33,977 nt of DNA, taken from IMG/VR virus record IMGVR_UViG_3300047272_000220, positions 1-33,977 of that record; one strand, 5' to 3'. The translations under genes and the position numbers were made by a program. Under the pieces are notes generated by a model. The model worked only from the letters and a program-made list of their open reading frames with translations, searched no databases and was not told where the DNA came from. Shown here piece by piece: positions 17,700-25,723 of the stretch (the first letter of the stretch is position 1; each line of letters starts with the position of its first letter). The DNA comes from a virus. Lineage: Duplodnaviria > Caudoviricetes.

Positions 17700-17977
17700 T
17701 TCAGTCGCTCCAGTGTTTCGGCCAGCAGGTCGGCCTCGGTGAATCCGTAGTGCTTGGCAAAGCCCTTGGTGCCCAGGCCATGCACGCCGGTGTTGCCTCG
17801 GTGATGTTCCGGGCACAGCGGGATGACGTCCATGTGCTTGGCACGCTGGCCCATGCCGGTGCCGTGCCTCGGGTGGTGGAGCTCGGCCGGTGTCGCGCCG
17901 TAGCCAAGGCGGTGGCACACAGCGCAGCCAAGCTCGGCCACGCGGCTCATGTGCTTGCGTTCTGCAATTGTGGTCAT
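17696..17977 (-). CDS. Ref/DUF968-like HNH recombination-enhancement nuclease
   Basis: CAVC...ELHH...VIPLCPEHHRG...H. Confidence 0.75.
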   Translation of the reverse strand: MTTIAERKHMSRVAELGCAVCHRLGYGATPAELHHPRHGTGMGQRAKHMDVIPLCPEHHRGNTGVHGLGTKGFAKHYGFTEADLLAETLERLK

Positions 17978-18195
17978 TCCGCATTGCTCCTTGCTCGGAT
18001 GGCGGCAGCAACTTCACTGCGGTAGATCATCGTGTCGCTGTCGTCAAAATGTTTTGCACACGACTCGCGTTCAGTCTGAATCCCAGTTTTGTAAGCAGAA
18101 AGCAAGGCCCACGTCCACTGCATGCGGTCGGTCTCGTCCATTCCGTCGATCTCGGCAGGCAGCGGGTAGGTTCGAAACCACTCGTCAAAGGTCAT
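17974..18195 (-). CDS. hypothetical protein
   Basis: Coupled in operon; ERESCAK...AAAIRAR ending. Confidence 0.6.
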   Translation of the reverse strand: MTFDEWFRTYPLPAEIDGMDETDRMQWTWALLSAYKTGIQTERESCAKHFDDSDTMIYRSEVAAAIRARSNAE

Positions 18196-18406
18196 GATTC
18201 ATTCTCACTTCACGGTAGCCACGGAGCAGCTCTTTGGCCGCTTCGTGCAGGTTTTCCAGCGTCTCAAGCGACAAAACAATCTCGTGGCCATCCTGCTCGA
18301 TCTTGAAAAACAGCGTGTGGCCGATTTTGCTTTCAGGGTCAAGGCTGATGTCCAAAGCGATGGCGTCGCCGTTTGCGATTTCAAACATGGTCGGTCGGTA
18401 GGTCAT
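18185..18406 (-). CDS. hypothetical protein
   Basis: 73 aa, coupled start. Confidence 0.6.
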   Translation of the reverse strand: MTYRPTMFEIANGDAIALDISLDPESKIGHTLFFKIEQDGHEIVLSLETLENLHEAAKELLRGYREVRMNHDL

Positions 18407-18651
18407 GTGTTGTTCCTTGCGCGAATGGCGGATGCAACGCTGCGACCAAATGGGCTACGACCTCTTGTAAAAAAATCCTCCGCTGCCTTAGCGCACGCCT
18501 CGCGCTCTGCTGCGGCGACAAGGACGGCGAAGGCATTAATGTCGCCTTTCCACTGGTCTTGTCCGCAAAACTTGTTCGGCACACTGCAGCAGTCAATGGT
18601 TTTGACCATCCCAGCCTCCCGCGCCATGCGGACGATGTCTTCTCGGTTCAT
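18403..18651 (-). CDS. hypothetical protein
   Basis: MNREDIVRMAREAG...EREACAK...ASAIRAR; ATGA junctions. Confidence 0.65.
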   Translation of the reverse strand: MNREDIVRMAREAGMVKTIDCCSVPNKFCGQDQWKGDINAFAVLVAAAEREACAKAAEDFFTRGRSPFGRSVASAIRARNNT

Positions 18652-18773
18652 AAAAACCACCTTTTGATGTGCACCCAGACAATCGCAGCGATCGTGAACC
18701 ATGCGCCGATGCCAGCGAGTCCGAGCCAAGTCAAAGCCCAAATGCCTGCCTTGTCTGCCTCTGTAAATTTCAT
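18648..18773 (-). CDS. small membrane protein (41 aa)
   Basis: MKFTEADKAGIWALTWLGLAGIGAWFTIAAIVWVHIKRWFL; ATGA overlaps on both sides. Confidence 0.55.
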   Translation of the reverse strand: MKFTEADKAGIWALTWLGLAGIGAWFTIAAIVWVHIKRWFL

Positions 18774-19207
18774 GTGATCTCTCCGGTCTCTGGGTCAACG
18801 TACTCGGGCGCGGTGAAGCGCACGCCCTGCTGCGCACCGAAGGCCTCGATCAAGTCCTGCAGCTCGCTCATCTCGGGCTTGGTCATCTTGCTGGTGGACT
18901 TGCCGAGCACCACAAAGCCACCATCGATGCCTGGCACGACGTCCTGCTTGGTCATCGAGGCGGTCATCACGTGCTTCCATTCCTCAGCGCTCAGCTTGCG
19001 ACCGTACCAGTCGACCTGCTTGGCCACATCGGTCAACATCGCCCACAAACGCGCATTTTGTGCGAGCGTGCGGGTTTCAGGCTTGATCTCCACCACCATG
19101 CGGTGGCCAGCCATCAGCAGGGACTTGAGCAGCGGCCAGATCTGCTGCGTCAGGACTTTGTGGGCCTGCACCGGCTCCCAAAGGGTGAATCGTTGGCGTT
19201 AGGTCAT
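18770..19207 (-). CDS. ninB: NinB-family recombination protein; in-frame TAA at codon 3 from the coupled ATG
   Basis: RTLAQNARLWAML...WK...VPGIDGGFVVLG.STSKM...IEAFGA; ATG ACC TAA CGC at 19207-19196; alternative GTG at 19171. Confidence 0.8.
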
Positions 19208-19653
19208 AAAAGTCCAAGCATTTGGTTGGTCACTGCCTTGTTGCCATATTCAGAAACAACAGCAACGTCGTATGCTTTTGCAGCATCCTGTTCAGAACGG
19301 AAAAGACCAATATATTTTTTATTGACGCAAACCTGCCATCCGTTTTTATGCTTTGCAACGCCTTTGTATTTGCTTGAACTACCTCTGGCACCTCTATTTA
19401 AGGCATTCAAACTGGCATCAACAATTCGCAAATTTTCAAGCCGATTATCGAGCCTGTCTCGGTTGATGTGATCAACTATTTGCCCAGGTTTTGCGCCAAT
19501 AATTAGTCGATGCATTGCAAAAATCTTGCCGCCGCTTTTTGCGATTGCATAGCCATCAGGACATTTTTTCCATGATCTTCCAAGTATTGCTTGAATCGAT
19601 GCTGAATCAATTAAAGCAATCTCTCCGTGCTTCAAAACCACTTTAGTGATCAT
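19204..19653 (-). mobile_element. HNH-AP2 homing endonuclease
   Basis: MHRLI...VDHINRDRLDNRLENLR (HNH); SSKYKGV...YIGLF...AAKAYD (AP2); AT-rich. Confidence 0.88.
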
Positions 19654-19909
19654 TTGATTCCCTCCCGGACTGCGATCCAGCACTCGTCGAGGCTGAGGGG
19701 TGTTTCGTCAATGCCTGGCGGACGGATTCTAAGATGCGCTCCCGGCCAGGGTTCTGCGGGAACCTGTCGATGGCCGCCAGCATCCCGGCTGCCGCCTGTT
19801 TGTTCGGACGGGCGCTCAGCACCAGCCGGGTGCAGCACGACAGGCATCCAAAGTGATACTGGCCGGACAGCGGGTTCGTTGCGTGGGCTTGGCAGGCTGT
19901 GCATGTCAT
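19643..19909 (-). CDS. hypothetical Cys-rich protein
   Basis: MTCTAC...GCLSCC; ATGA-coupled to the upstream stop at 19906. Confidence 0.55.
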   Translation of the reverse strand: MTCTACQAHATNPLSGQYHFGCLSCCTRLVLSARPNKQAAAGMLAAIDRFPQNPGRERILESVRQALTKHPSASTSAGSQSGRESNDH

Positions 19910-20436
19910 TCGCCCTCCTGGATTCTGAGCGCCTTTTTTGCGCACTCAAGGCTGCCGATGTTCACTCGTTCGCCAGCGGCCTGTCTGGCCAGCAGCTTGC
20001 GTGCCCAGTCGCGCCCGTCGTTCATGGCCACAAACTCCACCGGGCCGATGGGCTTGGCTTCTGGCGGTGGCAGTCTGCGCGGCTGGTCGTCGCTGAAAGT
20101 CTTGCGCGGCATCACAGCCTTGCAGATCGCCTCGAACTGCGGCAGGTTTGGCGGGAAGTCCGGGCACTCGTCGGCCAGGCGCTTGGCGGCCGTCTCGATC
20201 GTGTCCGGTGAATACTTTGCCAGGGCAGATTCCCAGACCAGCATGGCAGCCCGGATGCCCTTATCCTTGCCGTTGGCGTCGCGCTCGCCTGTGGAAAACT
20301 TGGTGGTGAACAGGCTGCCGTAAGACCCGTGCAAGATCAGAAACAGCTTGCGGATCGTCGGGTTGTCGCCTTTGGGTGCGGGTTGTTGGCCAGCGTGCTG
20401 GATGGCCTGCTGTGCAAGGGTGGCGAGGTTATTCAT
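19906..20436 (-). CDS. replication protein P-like (putative helicase loader)
   Basis: Follows the initiator; YGSLF...W...L...FPPNLPQFEAIC motif. Confidence 0.6.
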   Translation of the reverse strand: MNNLATLAQQAIQHAGQQPAPKGDNPTIRKLFLILHGSYGSLFTTKFSTGERDANGKDKGIRAAMLVWESALAKYSPDTIETAAKRLADECPDFPPNLPQFEAICKAVMPRKTFSDDQPRRLPPPEAKPIGPVEFVAMNDGRDWARKLLARQAAGERVNIGSLECAKKALRIQEGE

Positions 20437-21115
20437 TGTCGAACACCCCATCAAAGATCGCCCGAGCTGCTGCAGCGTGCTTGTGCTCAGTGCGGCCAGC
20501 CGTCCGGGCTTGGTTCTGCCTTCTCACCCAGTTGCGCCAGGTTGCGTCCCAGTCGGTCTTGACGCCCTTCTGGCCAGGCTGTGCGATCCAGTAGTCCCTG
20601 AACTCGTCGAACACCTGTCTGGGAACAAGGTCTGGCCGTTCCTGTTTGCAAAACTCAAACCAGTCTGGCGGAAGAAGACAGTCTGCTGGCAAGCGCGTGC
20701 CGCGCTGCTTTGTCTTCTTGTGTTCTGGGTCTTGTGTTATGTGTATTGTGTCTTGTGTAGCATTGCTTTCGCTATGCGTTCGCATTGCGTTCGCATCTCT
20801 TTGCTTGCTCCACCGGGCCTTGGCGCTCTCGCTGGCCTTGCTGGACTTCTCACCAGCCCTGGCGATTTCCTGATCTGCCCGGTGGTTTGCCCATCCGGTC
20901 TCAGTGCGAATGAAGAACTCCTGCAAAACGACCGCAATGCAGTCGGTATGCGTTCGCATCCGAATCAGGCGTGCGATCTCGCTGGTTTCCAAAGGCAAAG
21001 GGGTCTCGTGAAGGTAGTACCAATCGAGCATGCGTCGATAGGCCAGGTCTTCAAGATCGGAAAGGTGCTCAGTGTGGCTTTTGTAGTCGCCAATATTGAA
21101 CTGGTAGTAGTGCAT
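20429..21115 (-). CDS. replication initiator, YdaU/DUF1376 family
   Basis: MHYYQFNIGDY...HLSDLEDLAYRRMLDWYY; C-terminal FRDYW...KTDWDATWRNWVR. Confidence 0.88.
   Translation of the reverse strand: MHYYQFNIGDYKSHTEHLSDLEDLAYRRMLDWYYLHETPLPLETSEIARLIRMRTHTDCIAVVLQEFFIRTETGWANHRADQEIARAGEKSSKASESAKARWSKQRDANAMRTHSESNATQDTIHITQDPEHKKTKQRGTRLPADCLLPPDWFEFCKQERPDLVPRQVFDEFRDYWIAQPGQKGVKTDWDATWRNWVRRQNQARTAGRTEHKHAAAARAIFDGVFDNE
20717..20796. repeat. putative replication origin: 6 tandem 7-mers plus 3 tandem 11-mers
   Basis: CTTGTGT-like x6 (20717-20758); TGCGTTCGCAT at 20775 and 20786, a degenerate copy at 20764 and another copy at 20949. Confidence 0.6.
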
Positions 21116-21205
21116 CGTTACCTCACATCATCGGTAGTCATCACGAAAGAATCAGCGGCAGGACGGTGATGAGACGTCTTTTCGGGAGCTACCCTAGCCG
21201 TGATT
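21116..21205 (-). ncRNA. candidate structured cis-regulatory leader (multi-stem plus pseudoknot)
   Basis: AAUCA/UGAUU, CGGC/GCCG and GACG/CGUC stems; loop UCAUCAC complementary to downstream GUGAUGA. Confidence 0.55.
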
Positions 21206-21212
21206 GCCACTC

Positions 21213-21241
21213 AATTTACCTCAGACCAAAAGGCCATTCAA
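21213..21241 (-). promoter_or_regulatory. sigma70-like promoter for the replication operon
   Basis: TTGAAT-17-TAAATT overlapping the 3' end of the HTH gene. Confidence 0.6.
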
Positions 21242-21433
21242 GGATTTTCTGAAGCCTGGGCCGAACTTTTTGTCCAGCACCGGCCGCCATTTGTGCGCCA
21301 CGCCATTGCGCGTCCAAGCCTCTACAGCCTGGCCACTGGTGGCTCCCAAGGCCTGCGCCACTGCCTTGTAGGAGCCGAGGCTCTCACGGGCAAAGGCCAG
21401 CACCTGTGCGAAATATTGGTCGTCTTTCTTCAT
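21221..21433 (-). CDS. Cro-like HTH regulator
   Basis: 70 aa; SYKAVAQALGATSGQAVEAW HTH; first gene at the divergence point. Confidence 0.7.
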   Translation of the reverse strand: MKKDDQYFAQVLAFARESLGSYKAVAQALGATSGQAVEAWTRNGVAHKWRPVLDKKFGPGFRKSLNGLLV

Positions 21434-21556
21434 GCCTCAAACTTTACCACGATTTTGCATGATTCGTGCAAAAATATTTTTTGCCACTTACGCAAAATCC
21501 TCTTGCACTATGCTATGATTCGTTTCACCAACAACCAACCACGAAAGGTGAACTCG
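21434..21556. promoter_or_regulatory. divergent promoter/operator region
   Basis: AT-rich; leftward TTGCAC-19-(TGg)TAAAGT, rightward TGcTATGAT (21511-21519); palindromes TTTTGCA-N7-TGCAAAA (21453-21473) and TTTTGC-N7-GCAAAA (21479-21497). Confidence 0.65.
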
Positions 21557-21742
21557 ATGCAAGACGACTTTTACATCACGGTGAACGACGGCAATGCCGT
21601 CATCATCAGCCCCAACGAGGAATACATCTCGATGGGCGTGTACATCCGAGGCGGCAGCGTTCGGATCGACATGACACCACAGCAGGCCCAGGAACTGATC
21701 GAGGCCATCGCAAACAGCATGAAAACCAAGGAGACAGCATGA
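21557..21742 (+). CDS. hypothetical protein
   Basis: MQDDFYITVND...; RBS AAGGTG. Confidence 0.65.
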   Translation: MQDDFYITVNDGNAVIISPNEEYISMGVYIRGGSVRIDMTPQQAQELIEAIANSMKTKETA

Positions 21743-22314
21743 AAGAGATCGCAGCAGCATTGGTCAAGGCCCAGCGAGCATTCGGGCCTGCACTCAAGAC
21801 CAGCTCAAACCCCCACTTCAAAAGCCGCTACGCCGACCTGGCCGCCTGCGTCGAGGCTGTCATGGATGGCCTGAACGCCAACGGCATCGCCCTGGTGCAG
21901 CAAACCCACGAATGCGAATCAGGCGTAATCGTCGAGACGGTCTTTGTCCACGAATCCGGTGAAACCTTCTCGGCAGGCAAGCTGCACGTGCCAGCGGTCA
22001 AGCACGACGCCCAGGGGTACGGCAGCGCCCTGACCTATGCACGCCGCTACAGCCTGATGGCCGCCTGCGGTATCGCGCCAGAGGATGACGACGGCAATGC
22101 CGCCAGCAAGCGCACGCCAGCGCCTGTGCCGGGTTATGGCGAGTACGAGGCCGAGACCCTGCCAGCTATGCGCGACGCCGCCATGCAAGGCAGCGAGGCA
22201 CTGGCCGCAGCCTTTCAAGCATTGCCCAAGTCAGCGCACAAGGCCGCGTTCTGGCAAGCCCAAGGCCCAGCCCTCAAGAAGGCCGCCAAGACCGCAGACG
22301 AGGGGGCAGCATGA
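21739..22314 (+). CDS. erf: ERF-family ssDNA annealing protein
   Basis: NPHFKSRYADL...QGYGSALTYARRYSL...EDDDGN. Confidence 0.9.
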   Translation: MKEIAAALVKAQRAFGPALKTSSNPHFKSRYADLAACVEAVMDGLNANGIALVQQTHECESGVIVETVFVHESGETFSAGKLHVPAVKHDAQGYGSALTYARRYSLMAACGIAPEDDDGNAASKRTPAPVPGYGEYEAETLPAMRDAAMQGSEALAAAFQALPKSAHKAAFWQAQGPALKKAAKTADEGAA

Positions 22315-22688
22315 GCAAAGTCAACCACTACCGGGTCGAAGTCACTGATCCACTGAACGCAGGAGTCTTCGGAAGCGACAAGAAGTTTGAGGTGCAGGAG
22401 TTCAACGTCATCGGCGAGAACGACAAGTACATCGCCATCGACGATTTCCGCTTCACATCCATTCGCAAGGAGAAATCCGACTGGGACACCTGCCTCGACA
22501 AGCCCAGCATTTGCCTCTACGCCAACGATGGCGTGTACGGCACCCGTGCCAGCTATACGCTGTACACCACAAAGACCAAACGCGCCGCCACCATCAAGAA
22601 AGAGATCGAGGCAGCAATTGAGAAGAAGTACGGCTTCTTTGCCAGGGGATTCGATCTGTCATTCCTGACTGACAAGGAGGCCGCATGA
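22311..22688 (+). CDS. hypothetical protein
   Basis: 125 aa, ATGA-coupled on both sides. Confidence 0.7.
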   Translation: MSKVNHYRVEVTDPLNAGVFGSDKKFEVQEFNVIGENDKYIAIDDFRFTSIRKEKSDWDTCLDKPSICLYANDGVYGTRASYTLYTTKTKRAATIKKEIEAAIEKKYGFFARGFDLSFLTDKEAA

Positions 22689-23305
22689 TCGAGCAAGGCA
22701 CACCTGAATGGTTCGCCCAGCGCCTTGGCAAGGTCACCGCCAGCCGGGTGGCGGACATCATCGCCAAGACCCAAAGCGGAGCAGCAGCCAGCCGCAAAAA
22801 CTACCTCGCCCAGCTGGTGGCCGAGCGCCTGACTGGCCAGGCTGCCGATAGCTTCAAAAGCGGAGCCATGCAGCATGGCACCGAGACGGAGCCCATGGCA
22901 CGGATGGCCTACGAGACCGAGACTGGCCAGATGGTGACCGAGGTGGCCATGATTCAGCATCCCAAGATCGAGATGGCCGGGGCATCGCCTGATGGCTTCG
23001 TCGGGGAGGATGGCCTTGTCGAGATCAAGTGCCCGAACACCAGCACGCACATTGCCACGCTGATGGCCGACAAAGCGCCCAGCGGGTACATGGCCCAGAT
23101 GCAGTGGCAGATGGCCTGCACGGGCCGGGCCTGGGTGGACTTCGTGAGCTTTGACCCACGGATGCCGGAGGATATGCAGCTGTTCATCAAGCGGGTGCCA
23201 CGCGACGAATCCTTGATCGCTGAGTACGAGGCCGAGGTGATCAAGTTCTTGGCCGAGGTGCAGGAGACTGTCGACAAGCTGATCGAGCTGCGGAGGGGCG
23301 TATGA
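22685..23305 (+). CDS. YqaJ/lambda-exonuclease family protein
   Basis: QGTPEWFAQRLGKVTAS, GASPDG, EIKCP, QMQWQM. Confidence 0.92.
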   Translation: MIEQGTPEWFAQRLGKVTASRVADIIAKTQSGAAASRKNYLAQLVAERLTGQAADSFKSGAMQHGTETEPMARMAYETETGQMVTEVAMIQHPKIEMAGASPDGFVGEDGLVEIKCPNTSTHIATLMADKAPSGYMAQMQWQMACTGRAWVDFVSFDPRMPEDMQLFIKRVPRDESLIAEYEAEVIKFLAEVQETVDKLIELRRGV

Positions 23306-23589
23306 ACGGCCGCGACCTTCGAGACGCAGGCATCGCTCGCGTGTCCATTGGCCGCGAGGAATGGATCGCCAAGGCACGCGGCATAGCAATTTTGATTGCA
23401 AAGAGCGCAGGCCAAGTGACCATCAACGACGTTCGGAATTTGGTTGACATGCCGGACGATTTTCACCCATCGACATGGGGGGCAGTGCTTCGCGGTGATG
23501 CCTTCCAAGCAATCGGCTTTTGTCAGGCCACACACGCATCGGCTCATGCTCGGGTCGTTCGCATTTACAAACTCAAGGAGCAATCATGA
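23302..23589 (+). CDS. hypothetical protein
   Basis: 95 aa, coupled; GRDLRDAGI...WGAV. Confidence 0.65.
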   Translation: MNGRDLRDAGIARVSIGREEWIAKARGIAILIAKSAGQVTINDVRNLVDMPDDFHPSTWGAVLRGDAFQAIGFCQATHASAHARVVRIYKLKEQS

Positions 23590-24002
23590 AGGCACACGGT
23601 ATTTGTCGCGTCGGAAAAGACGCAGAGGTTCGTTTTACACCAGGCGGTGCAGCGGTGGCCAACGTCTCGCTGGCGTTCACTTATGGCAAGAAAGGCGACG
23701 ACGGCAAACGGCCAACGCAGTGGGTCGACGCCTCGCTGTGGGGCCAACGCGCAGAGTCGCTGGCACCGTACATCAAGAAGGGTGGCCAGATCGTGGCTTA
23801 CCTTGAGGATGTGAGCATCCAGACATTCACCAAAGGCGACGGCACGCAGGCCACCAAGATGGTGGCACGCCTGGTCGACTTGGAGTTTGTGTCTGGTGGA
23901 GAGCAGGCAAGCAGCCAGCCAAAGCCACAGCCAAGGCCACAGGCAGCACCGCAGTCGCAAGGCTCAGGCTTTGACGATTTTGATTCCGACATTCCTTTCT
24001 AG
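23586..24002 (+). CDS. ssb: single-stranded DNA-binding protein
   Basis: OB-fold pattern RVGKDAEVRFTPGG; acidic tail DDFDSDIPF. Confidence 0.92.
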   Translation: MKAHGICRVGKDAEVRFTPGGAAVANVSLAFTYGKKGDDGKRPTQWVDASLWGQRAESLAPYIKKGGQIVAYLEDVSIQTFTKGDGTQATKMVARLVDLEFVSGGEQASSQPKPQPRPQAAPQSQGSGFDDFDSDIPF

Positions 24003-24018
24003 TTAAAACGGAGCAAAA

Positions 24019-24246
24019 ATGAGCACACGCATCTACCTGGTCACCGACGTGGAGACCAACAAGCACCGCCTGATTCGCGCAGGCAACCAGGCCCAGGCCA
24101 TCCGGCACGCAGCGCAGACGCGCTTCGACATCGAGGTGGCTGGCCAGGATGATCTGGTGAGCCTGCTGACCAGTGGCATTCCGGTCGAGCTGGCTGGTGG
24201 GCCTGCAACAGCAGATATGTTTGAAGACGCAAAGGAGACAGCATGA
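24019..24246 (+). CDS. hypothetical protein
   Basis: RIYLV...RLIRA.NQAQAIRH; GGAG RBS. Confidence 0.7.
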   Translation: MSTRIYLVTDVETNKHRLIRAGNQAQAIRHAAQTRFDIEVAGQDDLVSLLTSGIPVELAGGPATADMFEDAKETA

Positions 24247-24746
24247 AACGCTACATCGGAACCAAACTGATCAATGCCAAGCCAATGACACGGCAGGCCT
24301 ACAACGACTTCCGAGGCTGGACTTTGCCAGCCGACGAAAACGGGGCAGACGAAGGCTACCTTGTCGAATACGTGGATGGCGGAAAAGGAAACACCGACCA
24401 TTACGCCGGTTACGTTAGCTGGTCTCCTTCTGATGTTTTTGACCGCGCATACCGTCCTTGTGATGGCATGACGTTTGGCCACGCAATTGAATCGCTCAAG
24501 GCTGGCCAGAAAGTCGCACGCCAAGGTTGGAACGGAAAAGGCATGTGGCTGGTGCTTGTACCTGGCACTCCTATGATTCATCCAAAGCCAGACACACCGT
24601 ATGGAAAGGCTGGAATCGCTGAGTGCGAAATCCTGCCGCACATCGACATGTGGACAACAAACTCGCAAGGCCGTCGCGCAATGCTGCCTGGCTGGTTGGC
24701 CAGCCAAACCGACATGCTTTCCGAAGATTGGGAGATTGTGGAATGA
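24243..24746 (+). CDS. DUF2829/Tad2-like protein with an extra N-terminal domain
   Basis: MTFGHAIESLKAGQKVARQGWNGKGMW...WLASQTDMLSEDWEIV. Confidence 0.8.
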   Translation: MKRYIGTKLINAKPMTRQAYNDFRGWTLPADENGADEGYLVEYVDGGKGNTDHYAGYVSWSPSDVFDRAYRPCDGMTFGHAIESLKAGQKVARQGWNGKGMWLVLVPGTPMIHPKPDTPYGKAGIAECEILPHIDMWTTNSQGRRAMLPGWLASQTDMLSEDWEIVE

Positions 24747-24895
24747 CCACTAAGAACAAAACCCAATATGTGACCGTCCGCCTGTCGGACGAGATCATGG
24801 CCAAACTGAAGGCAGAGGCCGAGCGTAATACGCGCAGCCTGAGCGCCCAGGTGCTGCACTACATCCGGCTTGAGCTGGACAAGGTTAAAGCATGA
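24743..24895 (+). CDS. Arc-like ribbon-helix-helix regulator
   Basis: YVTVRLSDEIMAKLKAEAERNTRSLSAQVLHYI. Confidence 0.8.
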   Translation: MTTKNKTQYVTVRLSDEIMAKLKAEAERNTRSLSAQVLHYIRLELDKVKA

Positions 24896-25020
24896 AGCGC
24901 GGCTGGCAGTTTGATGTGGAGTGGTTCAAGCGTCGCTGGCCACTGTTCGCCGTCGGTATCGAGGACAATGAATTCATCCTGCGTTTGTGGGTGGTCGAGA
25001 TCACTGTCTGGAGATACTGA
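24892..25020 (+). CDS. small hypothetical protein (42 aa)
   Basis: ATGA and TGATG coupling on the two sides. Confidence 0.5.
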   Translation: MKRGWQFDVEWFKRRWPLFAVGIEDNEFILRLWVVEITVWRY

Positions 25021-25175
25021 TGGACAAAAACAGGCACATGCTCATGGCGTACCTCAAGCCATCGAAAATGCACCTGGCCGTCTGCAAGGCCGCTGGCTGC
25101 GGATGCCGTCCCGCGCTGGCGGTCTTTTTCGACCGAGTGGAAAAAACCTTCAGCATTTTGGAGTTCAAGCCATGA
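25020..25175 (+). CDS. small hypothetical protein
   Basis: Coupled junctions. Confidence 0.5.
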   Translation: MDKNRHMLMAYLKPSKMHLAVCKAAGCGCRPALAVFFDRVEKTFSILEFKP

Positions 25176-25723
25176 ATGAAAACGAAGCCAAGCTGGACAT
25201 GCTGGTGGCCGAGCTGGACTACGAGAATCGGCTCCTACGCGCCAGAAACGACCGCCTGATGCGTGAGGCCGAGGCGACCAACTTCGACCGCACAGCGGCC
25301 TGGCTGAAGGCCTGCGGCAAGGAGCAGCTGAACCCTGCGCACCTGTCCGTACAGATCGGTGTGCACTTTGAGGAAATCGTCGAGCTGCTGGAGTGCATCG
25401 AAACCGACTGCGTGGAGGACAATCACTCGCTGGAGTGCCTGGCCGATGACCTGCGCCTGATCGCCAGTAGCCTCAAGAAGAACATCACCCAGGCCTTCAT
25501 CAAGACTGGCAAGGAAGTGGATGCGCTGGACGCCTTGTGCGACACCGAGGTGACCGGCAATGGCATCGCCTACCTGGCAGACTTCGACAAGAACGGAGCC
25601 GACAAGGAGGTGCTGGCCAGCAACGATTCAAAGCTGGTCGACGGCAAGCCGGTGCTGCTGCCAGGCGGCAAGATCGGCAAGGGGCCAAGCTACAAAGCGC
25701 CAGAGCTGGAGAAGTTCGTGTGA
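25172..25723 (+). CDS. MazG-like/PRA-PH NTP pyrophosphohydrolase
   Basis: EEIVE...LDALCD...EVLASNDSK...GKIGKGPSY..P.L. Confidence 0.75.
   Translation: MNENEAKLDMLVAELDYENRLLRARNDRLMREAEATNFDRTAAWLKACGKEQLNPAHLSVQIGVHFEEIVELLECIETDCVEDNHSLECLADDLRLIASSLKKNITQAFIKTGKEVDALDALCDTEVTGNGIAYLADFDKNGADKEVLASNDSKLVDGKPVLLPGGKIGKGPSYKAPELEKFV

Noticed and set aside
19650-19949. Alternative 99-aa frame overlapping the Cys-rich ORF, with its stop coupled to the HNH-AP2 start
   Set aside because: Low-complexity Pro/Arg/Gly composition and no motif; the Cys-rich frame has the better coupled start. Not fully excluded.
21116-21205. Leader as tRNA or hammerhead ribozyme
   Set aside because: No cloverleaf or T-loop; the GAAA and UGAUGA elements are not arranged as a hammerhead core
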